Notes under the pieces: generated by a model
The model's input: only the letters and a program-made list of their open reading frames with translations
What the model was told of the DNA's origin: nothing
Database searches by the model: none
Program-made: the position numbers and the translations under genes
Source of the DNA: an uncultured Gemmatimonadaceae bacterium
Lineage (GTDB): Bacteria; Gemmatimonadota; Gemmatimonadetes; Gemmatimonadales; Gemmatimonadaceae
Direction of reading: 5' to 3'
Assembly: GCA_963761305.1 (NCBI GenBank)
Contig: CAVXGK010000002.1
Location: 3,200,001 to 3,264,000 of the forward strand
Length of the DNA: 64,000 bases
Part shown: in pieces, positions 63,590 to 64,000 of the stretch
Layout: each line of letters begins with the position of its first letter
Numbering within the stretch: the first letter of the stretch is position 1

Positions 63590-64000
63590 ATGTTCGTCTC
63601 CGACTTTGCCATCCGCCGCCCGATCGTCACAGTAGTGACGATGATCGCGCTCGTCGTCTTCGGCATCGCCGCGCTGACGAAGCTCGACACCGACGAGTTC
63701 CCGGACATCGACGCGCCGATCGTGTTCGTGGCGATCGCCTATCCCGGCGCGGCCCCCGACGTCGTCGAGCGCGAGGTGATCTCGCGCATCGAAGACAAGA
63801 TTTCCGGCATCAGCGGCGTGGACAAGATCAACGCGACCGCCACCGACGGATTCGCCCAGATCATCGTGCAATTCGTCTTCTCGAAACCCGTGGATCAGGC
63901 GACGCAGGACATCCGCGACGCCATCTCCGCGGTGCGCGCTCAACTTCCCGCCGAGATCATCGAGCCGGTCATTCAACGGTTCGACCCGAACCAGCTCCCG
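63590..64000 (+). CDS. RND efflux transporter permease subunit (AcrB family), 5' part only
   Basis: Manual translation: MFVSDFAIRRPIVTVVTMIALVVFG...EFPDID...YPGAAPDVVEREV; runs off the window. Confidence 0.92.
   Translation, partial: MFVSDFAIRRPIVTVVTMIALVVFGIAALTKLDTDEFPDIDAPIVFVAIAYPGAAPDVVEREVISRIEDKISGISGVDKINATATDGFAQIIVQFVFSKPVDQATQDIRDAISAVRAQLPAEIIEPVIQRFDPNQLP

Overview
GC-rich bacterial chromosomal window. The gene content (four orphan MacB/FtsX-type 'ADOP' permeases, two PadR regulators, an Oar-like TonB receptor, a Ser/Thr kinase, a BNR/VPS10 hydrolase, many lipoproteins) suggests Gemmatimonadota or an Acidobacteriota-like lineage; this is inference, not a database result. It holds about 45 CDS and one tRNA-Phe. 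I found no integrase, transposase, phage genes or CRISPR array. Recognisable genes: lctP, copA-csoR, tkt, a five-gene surface-glycosylation operon, an S8 protease divergent from a VIT-vWA/ECF/anti-sigma unit, treS, a plastid/chlamydial-type fabI, a PLD-2H phosphoesterase-PLP decarboxylase operon, ccdA-tlpA, ettA, a LysR and a partial RND pump. Six single-base insertions break the TonB receptor and copA; all lie in the first 12.3 kb and are probably assembly errors. Best leads: (1) a 17-bp palindrome CACnAAC-N3-GTTnGTG shared upstream of both padR-ADOP operons, with an N-terminal permease extension present only in the PadR-adjacent permeases; (2) a possible amine-headgroup phospholipid operon opposite fabI; (3) an indel-free 23 x 21-bp repeat; (4) families of 7/8/9-mer intergenic repeats and palindromes; (5) an erythromycin-esterase-like lipoprotein lacking its catalytic residues.
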